NCBI GenBank assembly: GCA_032117075.1
Contig: JAUMAA010000002.1
Coordinates: 24,005-88,004 of the forward strand
Reading direction: 5' to 3'
From: Patescibacteria group bacterium
GTDB lineage: Bacteria > Patescibacteriota > WWE3 > UBA101185 > UBA10185
Length of the DNA stretch: 64,000 nt
This document shows positions 1-8,627 of the stretch, one piece after another (position 1 is the first letter of the stretch; every line of letters starts with the position of its first letter). Under the pieces are notes generated by a model, which saw nothing but the letters and a program-made list of their open reading frames with translations, had not been told where the DNA came from and ran no database searches. Both the position numbers and the translations under genes were made by a program.

Positions 1-3000
1 CAAAAAGTTAGACATTTTCTTAATTTACATTCTTCGGGAGGAGAATTAAATCCGTGGTTATTTAATCTATCTTGAGGTGTAATATCATCACCAGTTTCAC
101 ACCTGTCTAATTCTTCAGGAATTATTTCATTACATAAAACACCTCTAGAAATGGCAAAATTTAAATCTAAACCTCCATCGTCGGCATCTCTTCTAGAATA
201 ATTAGTAAATTCTGTAGTTTTAAAATCAACTAGTGTTGCTAATTTTGGGGTTCTACAAACAGAGTTACCACTAGCTGGAACAATACCGAAGGTAGTATAT
301 GGCCTAAATTCATTTAGTAAATCTGGGATAGGATCATATTTTTGGTTTAAATAGTTAAATTTCGTATAAACATAACCAGATGTTCCGTCCTTTGTTCTTT
401 GATAAAGATTAGCAAAACCAATATTCTTTAGGTAAGGTTGACCAGTAACGGGGTCGATATCTTTTTCATTTAAACCGACTGTGGGTGTTTCTGTTCTGGA
501 AGGGTCTGGGATATCAAAATCTTTTTCTAGTGAAGATATATTTTTATCAGCAACTTCCTGTTTGAAGAAAGCATAAGATCTGCAGTCTCCAACAACTTTA
601 TCTGCGGGTATGTCTGTATCTCCGGATTCATATAACTCTAAACAAGCTTTGTCAGAAAAATACTCACCTAAAGTTCTTACCCCATTAACGACTGAAGCAA
701 ATGGGGGGTTATTTAAACTAGGTAATGCTCCTTGATTTGTTTGAGGTATATTTCCACCTGGTTCGGTTACATGATGAAAATATTTATCTACTAAATAACC
801 TGCATCCATATCACTATAAGAATATCCCCAAGAAACAGCTAAATTATTATTTCCTCCTATATAGTTTGAAGTACCTTCAACATTAAGTCCCGATCTTCTA
901 CCTTCTAAGAATTCATTACAAGATTCCCCATTTTTTGAATCCCCCTTAGTCATGTTGCATAAAACACCAAGATAATTTTTTCCGTTATTTTGATTATTAG
1001 CCCCAACAAAACTTGCTACACCATAGTTCAAAGTATTGTTATTACTATTCAACCTTGTAGCAGCAGTACATCCTGGTGTCGGTGAGTTAGGGTCACACAA
1101 ACAAAGAGAGGAGGGTGTTCCAATTCGTGTCACTGCTAACTCTACCCTTTTTTCATTTGGTTGAACATTTCCATACCCTTCGTTAACTTTACTAGTATCT
1201 GCTTTGTCAGAAAAAATTCCCACTGAGGAAGTTGGTATTTTAGTATTTTCGTTACACATTTTAGCAATTACTCTTAGTGCAGAGACAGAATAAACTCCTC
1301 CGGGAATTACAGCAGATCTACAATTTGCAAAATTCTTATCTTTTGTTTGAGCATTTTGGAAGTCACCATAGTTACACTCTTCGCTAAAAAAAGAATTATT
1401 TCCTGTTTTGTTTGCATAGTTATCATTAGAAATTGCATGTAAGAATTCAATGTTATATGGAATTGATAAAAATGAAATCATAGGAACTGGTGAGTAAAAA
1501 TTCTTGGAACCAAGTACAGATTGATAAGTTATACTTCCATCATTATTTAACAAAACGGGCTTCCCGTCATCGGCAAAGCAGGCAATGATGTCAGAAATTT
1601 TTTCTACTGGTTTATACTTTACATTTGGAAGAGGTTTTTTTGGATTAAAATCTGAGGAAATTAATTCGTTCACCAGTGTCATTAATTCTAATGTAATATC
1701 TTTTTTGGATTTTAAAGTCATAGTAACTCCCGGACCATATCCTGAAAGAGCATTTAAATTGGTGAATTTAAATTTATTTTCTAAAGTTAGATCGGTACCT
1801 TTATCTTCTGCCTTGATTGGAACATTACAAATTTCACCTTCAGAAATAAATTTATCTCCACAATATAGTTCTCTGCAAGATGGGATTCTTAAATTTGGTG
1901 TGTAATATTTATTTAATGCTGGATTAGCATCCTGAAAATCTTTTTCATCATTCTCCGCAGAGGATCTAGCTAATGGAAAATTAAAAGTTGTAAAACAGGC
2001 ATATAAATCTTTAAGAGAACTTATATCAAATTTAACATCGTCAATTGTAGTTTTTGCATCTAGCTTTCCATCTATCTGACCTTCGTAACTATTTCTATCA
2101 ATGGGTAAATAATCTCTTCTACTAGGGGAATTACCATTTTCAAAATCAATTTTCCTACTATTCAATCCTCTACTAGTATTATATGAAAATACCTCATTTC
2201 TTAAAACAGGATTAGCATTTAACATAGAATCTGAATCAACTAAATAAGCCTTATCTTCGTAGTTAAAAAAATTTTTTTGCTTATCAGGTATAGGGAAAGA
2301 TTTGGTTATAAAATTTTTTGCACAAAGAGGATTTGAAGGATCAATACAGTCTTTAAGAGTATTTAGAGAAGGAATTTTAGTACTTCCTTGAACTAATTGA
2401 TTAGGGTTGTAACTTGAACTTCTAAGGGGTTCTTGAACCTTTTTAAAATAGTTAACTAAGTCAGGACTAACATCGTCCATCCTACACGAAGCAACATTAT
2501 TATTAGATGTATATTCTAAAAACATAGGTACTGGAAAAGGAGCTAATTCAGGAGAACAACTTACCTTTATATCAAAATTTTTTCTTGATAAAAAGTCTGG
2601 TCTATTAGCACCTTTATAAGGCTCATTATAATTATCAATACTATAAATCTCCCCAATCCACGGCTTTAATTTCGAATTTGCTATTTCATCACGATAATTA
2701 TCTAAATTATTTGTTCTGGGATTTTTTTCATAACCCGACATACCGCAAATAACTGCGATATAAAATTTAGGATATGACTTTGTGTAATCAAAGTGAGTAC
2801 ACCTGTTACCTGTTTTAGTATAACCATCCACACAAAAATTTTCTCCATATCTCCTAATTTTATCCTCAGAAAGTTTCTTGTAATCATTACAAGCATAGAC
2901 AGTATATCTACCATCCTTGGTAATATCGAAGTGGTATAAGTTTGAAAGTCTTTCACCCTCACCTACCACAAATCTAGAAGGACTACCAATGTTATCTGTC

Positions 3001-3350
3001 ACATTATTAGTGTGCTCAGATCCCATATACACTGCGACAACTGCTCCGTTTATTGGGGAGTTTGTTTCTTTAGAAGAGACATTACCGCTAATTAAAATAT
3101 TTCCTTGAGGGTTGTTTGGGTCATCTGGGTAACAGTCATCTGTATCTCCAATCATAATATTATTTGGATCCACAATGCTTAATCCTGCATTTCTATAGGG
3201 ATTAGGTACATCTTTGTCAGGAATTCTGTTTCCAGTACTATCCTTTTGAAATTCAATTTTGTATTTGATTAGGGGTTCCACAGCAAGTACATCAAAAGAT
3301 GTAAAGGATAAAAACATTAAAAATAGAAAATAAAGAAACTTTTTATTCAT
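1..3350 (-). CDS. Large secreted or surface protein, over 1100 aa, with an N-terminal signal peptide (MNKKFLYFLFLMFLSFTSFDVLA). The 3' end runs past the window start.
   Basis: By hand translation, the reverse complement of 3348-3350 is ATG followed by a hydrophobic signal sequence. The ORF is absent from the six-frame track, consistent with an open frame running off the window edge. The frame holds Asn/Gly/Ser/Thr/Asp-rich, Cys-containing sequence throughout. No recognisable catalytic motif. Confidence 0.55.
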   Translation of the reverse strand, partial: MNKKFLYFLFLMFLSFTSFDVLAVEPLIKYKIEFQKDSTGNRIPDKDVPNPYRNAGLSIVDPNNIMIGDTDDCYPDDPNNPQGNILISGNVSSKETNSPINGAVVAVYMGSEHTNNVTDNIGSPSRFVVGEGERLSNLYHFDITKDGRYTVYACNDYKKLSEDKIRRYGENFCVDGYTKTGNRCTHFDYTKSYPKFYIAVICGMSGYEKNPRTNNLDNYRDEIANSKLKPWIGEIYSIDNYNEPYKGANRPDFLSRKNFDIKVSCSPELAPFPVPMFLEYTSNNNVASCRMDDVSPDLVNYFKKVQEPLRSSSYNPNQLVQGSTKIPSLNTLKDCIDPSNPLCAKNFITKSFPIPDKQKNFFNYEDKAYLVDSDSMLNANPVLRNEVFSYNTSRGLNSRKIDFENGNSPSRRDYLPIDRNSYEGQIDGKLDAKTTIDDVKFDISSLKDLYACFTTFNFPLARSSAENDEKDFQDANPALNKYYTPNLRIPSCRELYCGDKFISEGEICNVPIKAEDKGTDLTLENKFKFTNLNALSGYGPGVTMTLKSKKDITLELMTLVNELISSDFNPKKPLPNVKYKPVEKISDIIACFADDGKPVLLNNDGSITYQSVLGSKNFYSPVPMISFLSIPYNIEFLHAISNDNYANKTGNNSFFSEECNYGDFQNAQTKDKNFANCRSAVIPGGVYSVSALRVIAKMCNENTKIPTSSVGIFSDKADTSKVNEGYGNVQPNEKRVELAVTRIGTPSSLCLCDPNSPTPGCTAATRLNSNNNTLNYGVASFVGANNQNNGKNYLGVLCNMTKGDSKNGESCNEFLEGRRSGLNVEGTSNYIGGNNNLAVSWGYSYSDMDAGYLVDKYFHHVTEPGGNIPQTNQGALPSLNNPPFASVVNGVRTLGEYFSDKACLELYESGDTDIPADKVVGDCRSYAFFKQEVADKNISSLEKDFDIPDPSRTETPTVGLNEKDIDPVTGQPYLKNIGFANLYQRTKDGTSGYVYTKFNYLNQKYDPIPDLLNEFRPYTTFGIVPASGNSVCRTPKLATLVDFKTTEFTNYSRRDADDGGLDLNFAISRGVLCNEIIPEELDRCETGDDITPQDRLNNHGFNSPPEECKLRKCLTF

Positions 3351-3408
3351 TTTAAAAAATTATACAATAATAAATTAATTTTTACTGATAAAATAACTTA
3401 AATTAACT

Positions 3409-4212
3409 ATGAAGTTTATAGAAAAAATTAAACAATTATCAGAAAAACAAAATAATAAAATTAAAGTCTTATTTTTTTTAAGCTCTTTTTTTTATATTTT
3501 ACTAACTTATATTTTTTTTATTTACAATATTGGAGGGAATGACTTCTTTTATAAGAATTTGACTTTTCTTTCAGATCTAACTAAAGAATTAGAAACAAAT
3601 TTTAATGAAAAGAATTTAGAAATTATTTTAAAAGATAATACTTTTAATTTAAATCAACCAGAACCTGTTTTATTACCTTTAAATAATAAATCTATTTCAA
3701 GCAAAAAGAATCTTCTTTATATCTCAAGTACCGCAGAAGATAGAGATTTTACTGAAAAAGATGTCTTGATGATACTAAACAAGAACGAGCTTAAGTTTTA
3801 TACAGGTAACGAACCCATAGCATACCCAATAACTAATATTCAAAGCATACAAGATAAATTCAACAAAGAAACCTTAAGTTATATAAATAGTACATTCTTC
3901 CCAGGGTCTTCATACTTCAACAACCTAGGTCTAAATTTTATTGCTGTTTTTAAGATAGTAGAAGTTGCAATTTACTTTCTAGTGGTCTTAAAAGTTATTC
4001 CACTAATGGTTTATGGTATTTTGTGGCTGTCTGGTTACAAAAATACTGATAGTAAAAAATATATAGACTGCTCTTTAATTATATTTAGTATTTATCTAAT
4101 AATTAAACTACCTTTAAATACTTTCATAATTGAACTTCCAACCCTTAGTTCCTTATTACTAATCTCAGTAATTGTCAGCATTCTAGAAAAGAGCAAAATA
4201 GAAAAAAATTGA
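3409..4212 (+). CDS. Hypothetical membrane protein with an N-terminal anchor and C-terminal TM helices
   Basis: 267-aa ORF. Hydrophobic segments near the N-terminus (VLFFLSSFFYILLTYIFFIY) and the C-terminus. Divergent from the upstream gene. Confidence 0.45.
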   Translation: MKFIEKIKQLSEKQNNKIKVLFFLSSFFYILLTYIFFIYNIGGNDFFYKNLTFLSDLTKELETNFNEKNLEIILKDNTFNLNQPEPVLLPLNNKSISSKKNLLYISSTAEDRDFTEKDVLMILNKNELKFYTGNEPIAYPITNIQSIQDKFNKETLSYINSTFFPGSSYFNNLGLNFIAVFKIVEVAIYFLVVLKVIPLMVYGILWLSGYKNTDSKKYIDCSLIIFSIYLIIKLPLNTFIIELPTLSSLLLISVIVSILEKSKIEKN

Positions 4213-4250
4213 ATAATTCCCTCTTTTATATTAAAATAGGCAAAGTTTAT

Positions 4251-4325
4251 TCCCCTGTAGCTCAACGGCAGAGCAGAAAGCTGTTAACTTTAAGGTTCGT
4301 GGTTCGAATCCACGCGGGGGAGCCA
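4251..4325 (+). tRNA. tRNA-Asn (anticodon GTT), CCA encoded
   Basis: Cloverleaf read directly: acceptor TCCCCTG/CGGGGGA, D-arm GCTC-AACGGCA-GAGC, anticodon loop CTGTTAA, T-arm CGTGG-TTCGAAT-CCACG, discriminator G, then CCA. Confidence 0.8.
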
Positions 4326-4345
4326 TTTAAATAGTACAGGTAATA

Positions 4346-4888
4346 TTATTTAGAAATTTTCCAAATTGTTTCAGGATAACTTAATTTAAAGTTTATAAAC
4401 CTAGCCAAAACAAATAGATAATCAGATAACCTATTAAGGTAAGAAGAGATTTTTTGAATATCATCATTATTTAGAGAGTGGGACATAATTTCTACTTTTC
4501 TAGCAGTTGTTCTTAGCAAATGGATTTGAGATGCTACAAAGTGGCCTCCAGGCAAAATAAAGTTTGTTAGTTTTGGTAATGATTTTTCATAACCGTCTAT
4601 CAAGTTCTCTAGTTCCAAAACCTCTTTTTCTACTTCAAACACTAACTTAGCATAGACACTAATAGACCCAATCACAAATAAATTATTTTGAATTCTTTCT
4701 AAAGATGAAATCTCCTTAGTAAAATCCTCTTTTTGAATCTCCTTTAAATGAGATATGGTGTAACCTAAATGAGCATTTAGCTCATCTAAAAGCCCAACAA
4801 AGCCTATAACAGGTGAGTTTTTTGAAACCCTTTCCCCGTTAGCTAAACCTGTTTCCCCCTTGTCTCCTGTCCTGGTGTAAATTGACAT
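4346..4888 (-). CDS. ATP:cob(I)alamin adenosyltransferase, PduO/MMAB type
   Basis: N-terminus MSIYTRTGDKGETGLANGERVSK matches the conserved PduO-type adenosyltransferase start. 180 aa. Confidence 0.75.
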   Translation of the reverse strand: MSIYTRTGDKGETGLANGERVSKNSPVIGFVGLLDELNAHLGYTISHLKEIQKEDFTKEISSLERIQNNLFVIGSISVYAKLVFEVEKEVLELENLIDGYEKSLPKLTNFILPGGHFVASQIHLLRTTARKVEIMSHSLNNDDIQKISSYLNRLSDYLFVLARFINFKLSYPETIWKISK

Positions 4889-4971
4889 ACTTCTTATTTT
4901 AATATATAATTTCCGTTCTTAGACAGAGATTGTCTGAGAGGGATATATTTTCTTATTCAAGGAGGTAAGTT

Positions 4972-5328
4972 GTGGAACAGGAAACCGGTAAAGGTGCCTT
5001 CGAAGCAGTTATTGATATCGGACAGAAGCACGACAAACTTCTGCAAGATGCATTAGATGCACTCGAGAAATTGGTAATGGAGCTGACACTTCAAATCGAA
5101 GATGGGCTCAAGGACCTAGGCTGCGAAGTCAGTATTCGGACAAAAGGTCGTGAGGTAGGGTACGAAACCGAAATCACAATCTTTCGTGGGGAAGCAAAGG
5201 AGTTAGACTTATTGGCTTGGTACTCAATCAGCCCATGGTCAAAACTCTCAACCACCCAACACCTAGAAAAAATCCTCAACCTTGTAATCGAGAAGTTCTC
5301 AAAAAGAATTGCCGACTTCAAGGAATAA
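4972..5328 (+). CDS. Hypothetical 118-aa protein with a GTG start, encoded in a locally GC-rich segment
   Basis: Strong RBS AAGGAGGT about 7 nt upstream of GTG. Codon usage and GC (about 45%) contrast with the AT-rich surroundings. Followed by a perfect hairpin terminator. Confidence 0.5.
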   Translation: MEQETGKGAFEAVIDIGQKHDKLLQDALDALEKLVMELTLQIEDGLKDLGCEVSIRTKGREVGYETEITIFRGEAKELDLLAWYSISPWSKLSTTQHLEKILNLVIEKFSKRIADFKE

Positions 5329-5346
5329 GGATTCAATGAGAGAAAA

Positions 5347-5373
5347 GAGTGCGGATGCAAAGCATCCGCACTC
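5347..5373 (+). terminator. Stem-loop terminator with a 12-bp perfect stem and 3-nt loop
   Basis: GAGTGCGGATGC-aaa-GCATCCGCACTC, located 19 nt after the stop of the 4972..5328 gene. The stem is GC-rich in an AT-rich genome. Confidence 0.6.
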
Positions 5374-5449
5374 AAAACACAAAATATTTCAAAAATTAAA
5401 ATCTAATAATCATTTGACATACATAATATTTAAATTTAATATTAATTAT

Positions 5450-6055
5450 ATGAAAAAAATTTATGCCCCAAATAATACTGGTTCCTCGTATTTGATCATT
5501 ATCATCGCTTCTGTCGCTGTACTAGTTTTAGCTTTGGGAGGATATTTTTTATTCTTCAATAAATCAGGATCTAATCCACTAACCCGGCTTACAAACAAGT
5601 GTACTTCAAGTGAAAAAGCATGTGAATTAATTGAAAATATAAATAAATATAGAGAATCAAAGAAATTATCTCCAGTTAGATTTGATGGGGAAGTTTGTGC
5701 AAAAATTCAAAACTTTACAAATGATATGAAAGAAATCTATAGCGACAATTCTGTGAAATTAAATAATGATTCAGTAAAAGAAAATTTAGATAGGTTAAGA
5801 AACGATTCTAAGTATGAATCACTAATTGGGGATTACACACTATCAGACAAAGAAATAGATAACGATAGAAGAATAAGATATTTTATTAGAATTATAGAAA
5901 CCAACAACCTTGAAACTGATGTAAAAAAATATTCAGATTCTTATCAAGAATTATTTGCAGGAGATTACAATACTGCTTGCATCACAACCTCAAGCAAAGA
6001 AATAAAAGGTGATTATGATTTTGCAAGTTTTTATTTTGTAAATTTTAAGAATTAA
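5450..6055 (+). CDS. Hypothetical membrane-anchored protein
   Basis: Internal ATG (MKKIYAPNNTGSSYLIIIIASVAVLVLALGGYF) followed by a single TM helix. The longer ORF from 5309 reads through the upstream terminator hairpin and is probably not translated. Confidence 0.45.
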   Translation: MKKIYAPNNTGSSYLIIIIASVAVLVLALGGYFLFFNKSGSNPLTRLTNKCTSSEKACELIENINKYRESKKLSPVRFDGEVCAKIQNFTNDMKEIYSDNSVKLNNDSVKENLDRLRNDSKYESLIGDYTLSDKEIDNDRRIRYFIRIIETNNLETDVKKYSDSYQELFAGDYNTACITTSSKEIKGDYDFASFYFVNFKN

Positions 6056-6061
6056 TCTAAC

Positions 6062-6883
6062 TTAATTTTTAAGCTTACCGTACAAAAAGCCAAAACCACC
6101 AACGAAAGTTTCAAGGGTTAGCATAAAAACTAACCCTAAACTTATAAAAATATTCTTTAACCAAAGATGAGAATATTTATAAAATTCAGGTCTTAAAAAA
6201 TAAACAAACTTTGAATCAGTAAGCTTCATCCCATGTTTAGAAATATAGTTAGAGGCTTTTTGAGCATAATAAAATTTCTTTTTAAGAATTCTTAACAGCC
6301 CATAATCCCCCTCATTATGATAGATTTTGGAATTAGTAAAATACTTTTTTGGATACTTTTTATTAATCCTCTCTGGCAAGTCCCAATCCTCGGGTCCTGT
6401 AAGATTTAAATCATAACCATTAAATTCCTCAAAAACCTTCTTTTCAAAAAACCTTGCAGCATGTGTCTTGGAATCAGGGTTAGAGGAATAAAATTCAAGC
6501 TCTAGTTTTTTACATTCAGCCCAAAAACTTTCACCCATCGGAACTTCTCTAATAGTAATTGTTTTGAGTTCCAAATTTTCTTTTGTTTTCTCGATGCATT
6601 CTTGTAAAACTTGAGGCTCTAAAATCATGTCAGCATCTAGGATTAAAACATATTTTCCAGAAGATTGAGAAACACCAAAGTTTCTTTGAGCACTTCTTTC
6701 AGGCCCTTTATTTAAGACAATAGCTCCAAATTTTTCCGAAATTTCTTTAGTCCTGTCAGTTGAATTATTATCTACAACTATAGTTTCGAAATCTTTGAAA
6801 GTTTGATTTTTTAGAGAGGTAAGAATATTTTCCATATTTCTCTCTTCATTTTTAGTTGTAATAATAACCGAAATTAATTTCAT
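6062..6883 (-). CDS. Glycosyltransferase family 2
   Basis: N-terminal GT2 signature ISVIITTKNEE...TIVVDNNSTD...ILDADM (DxD). Confidence 0.8.
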   Translation of the reverse strand: MKLISVIITTKNEERNMENILTSLKNQTFKDFETIVVDNNSTDRTKEISEKFGAIVLNKGPERSAQRNFGVSQSSGKYVLILDADMILEPQVLQECIEKTKENLELKTITIREVPMGESFWAECKKLELEFYSSNPDSKTHAARFFEKKVFEEFNGYDLNLTGPEDWDLPERINKKYPKKYFTNSKIYHNEGDYGLLRILKKKFYYAQKASNYISKHGMKLTDSKFVYFLRPEFYKYSHLWLKNIFISLGLVFMLTLETFVGGFGFLYGKLKN

Positions 6884-7620
6884 TTCTTTCTTATTTTAAC
6901 AAAAATATTTACATAACCATTTTCACACTGATTTGAGTATGAATACTCTTCTATTTTTTTAAATTCTTCTTCAAATAATCTTTTTCTTCTAAGTATCCAT
7001 TTAGAAAAATAAAAATTAAGCAAATCCAAAACCAACCCAAACTTACCATATATTTTATGTTCTACAATTTCAAAGTTAGATTCAAAGCAAAGTTTATTTA
7101 AGTCTTTCAAATTATAGTGCCTATGACCAAACCACCAAGCAGGATCTAGTACATTTGAAATTGGATGAGAGTATGGTGTAGATAAATATAAAATCCCTCC
7201 AGACTTCATTACTCTATTTATTTCTTTAAGCATCTCAACATCCGTACCTTTTGGAATATGTTCAATAACTTCCCAAGCAGTTACTGTATTAAAAGTAGTA
7301 TCTGCAAAATTTAACAAATGAGCACTCCCAACTACCAGTTCTAGTTTATCTGTTTTTAATTTCTCCCTGATTAGATTAAAGTCGGTATCTATGACATCAA
7401 GTCCTACCACTTTTTCACAGTTATTCTCCAAACAAAATTTTTCAAACCAACCAAAACCACATCCTAAATCAAGTATTTTCTTGTTTGAAATAGAGTTTTT
7501 AATATCTACAAACAAAATACTAGCTTTTTGTCTTTCAGATAAGCTCGAATCTGGATTTTCATTTAAGATATTTTTCATACATTTTTTCTTCCAACACAAT
7601 ACTAATTCAATTTTCTTCAA
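6880..7620 (-). CDS. Class I SAM-dependent methyltransferase
   Basis: Motif I ILDLGCGFGWF. ATGA start/stop overlap with the GT2 gene downstream, indicating an operon. Confidence 0.75.
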   Translation of the reverse strand: MKKIELVLCWKKKCMKNILNENPDSSLSERQKASILFVDIKNSISNKKILDLGCGFGWFEKFCLENNCEKVVGLDVIDTDFNLIREKLKTDKLELVVGSAHLLNFADTTFNTVTAWEVIEHIPKGTDVEMLKEINRVMKSGGILYLSTPYSHPISNVLDPAWWFGHRHYNLKDLNKLCFESNFEIVEHKIYGKFGLVLDLLNFYFSKWILRRKRLFEEEFKKIEEYSYSNQCENGYVNIFVKIRKK

Positions 7621-7637
7621 AATGATAAAATGACCAT

Positions 7638-8627
7638 ATGAACAAGCAACCTTTAGTAAGTATTATTATCGTTAATTATAATGGAAAAAAGTATTTAGAA
7701 GAGTGTATAAACTCGATTTTAGATGGAACATATAAAAACTTTGAGATTATCGTAGTCGATAACAACTCTTCGGATGGAAGTCCTGAGCTAGTTAAAAGTA
7801 AATTTCCAACAGTTACTTTAATAAAAGAAAAATATAATCATGGATTTACTGGAGGAAATAATATTGGATTTGAATACTCAAGGGGTGAGTATGTAATTCT
7901 TTTAAACAACGATACTAAGGTAGAAAAGAATTATATAAAAAATTTTATTCAAGTTTTTGATGAGTTTCCCAAATGCGGAGTAGCGCAATCTAAAATTGTT
8001 TTGTACGATAATCCAGAAATTTTAGATTGCGCAGGATCCTTCTGGACAGATATAACTCTTCTCTATCATTTCGGATTTCTCAAAAACTCTAATCTCAAAA
8101 AGTTTAACGAACCTTTTAAAATCTTTTCGGCTAAAGGAGCATCGATGATTATTAAAAGAGAAGTTATCTTACAGGTTGGTTTATTTGATAAGGATTTTTG
8201 GCACTATTACGAAGAAACTGATTTTTGCCACAGAGCTATAAATGCGGGATATGAAGTTTATTATTACCCCAAAGCACTTTGTTTTCATAAAATCGGGATT
8301 TCAAGGGGAGAACTGAATCAGGAAGATAAAATTCTTTTCAGTAACACCAAAAATAAGTTTTTTTCTTTTATTAAAAATTTCGATTTTCCTTCTGTTTTGT
8401 GGGTATTAATAAAACATTTTGTCTCATTACACTTTTATATTATAATGCTACTGATAAACGGAAAGTTTAAAGAGTCAGGAACAATCTACAAAGCAATTTT
8501 TTGGAACATTAAAAACCTCTCTTTTATATTAAAAAAAAGAAATGAAAATAAATTTAAAGGCAATGAAAAAATACTTCCAAAAAAGACTTTCTCCTATTTA
8601 TTCTTTTTTAAACCAGACAAATATTAA
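7638..8627 (+). CDS. Glycosyltransferase family 2
   Basis: VSIIIVNYNG...IIVVDNNSSDGS...LLNNDT GT2 motifs. Confidence 0.8.
   Translation: MNKQPLVSIIIVNYNGKKYLEECINSILDGTYKNFEIIVVDNNSSDGSPELVKSKFPTVTLIKEKYNHGFTGGNNIGFEYSRGEYVILLNNDTKVEKNYIKNFIQVFDEFPKCGVAQSKIVLYDNPEILDCAGSFWTDITLLYHFGFLKNSNLKKFNEPFKIFSAKGASMIIKREVILQVGLFDKDFWHYYEETDFCHRAINAGYEVYYYPKALCFHKIGISRGELNQEDKILFSNTKNKFFSFIKNFDFPSVLWVLIKHFVSLHFYIIMLLINGKFKESGTIYKAIFWNIKNLSFILKKRNENKFKGNEKILPKKTFSYLFFFKPDKY

Noticed and set aside
1585-3108. Track ORFs 1585..1905(+), 2702..2962(-) and 2917..3108(+)
   Set aside because: They lie inside or antisense to the long hand-translated minus-strand secreted-protein gene (1..3350). They are short and low-complexity, so they are shadow ORFs.
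4921-4960. Short inverted repeat AGACAgagatTGTCT upstream of the GTG-start gene, as an operator
   Set aside because: It has only 5-bp arms, so chance occurrence is likely.
5091-5375. 94-aa minus-strand ORF antisense to the GC-rich 118-aa gene
   Set aside because: It has no RBS and reads through the terminator hairpin. The plus-strand frame has a consensus RBS and a downstream terminator. It is kept only as an alternative to test.
5309-5449. N-terminal extension of the 5309..6055 ORF
   Set aside because: The extension spans the perfect terminator hairpin and the intergenic region. An internal ATG followed by a TM anchor is the more plausible start.
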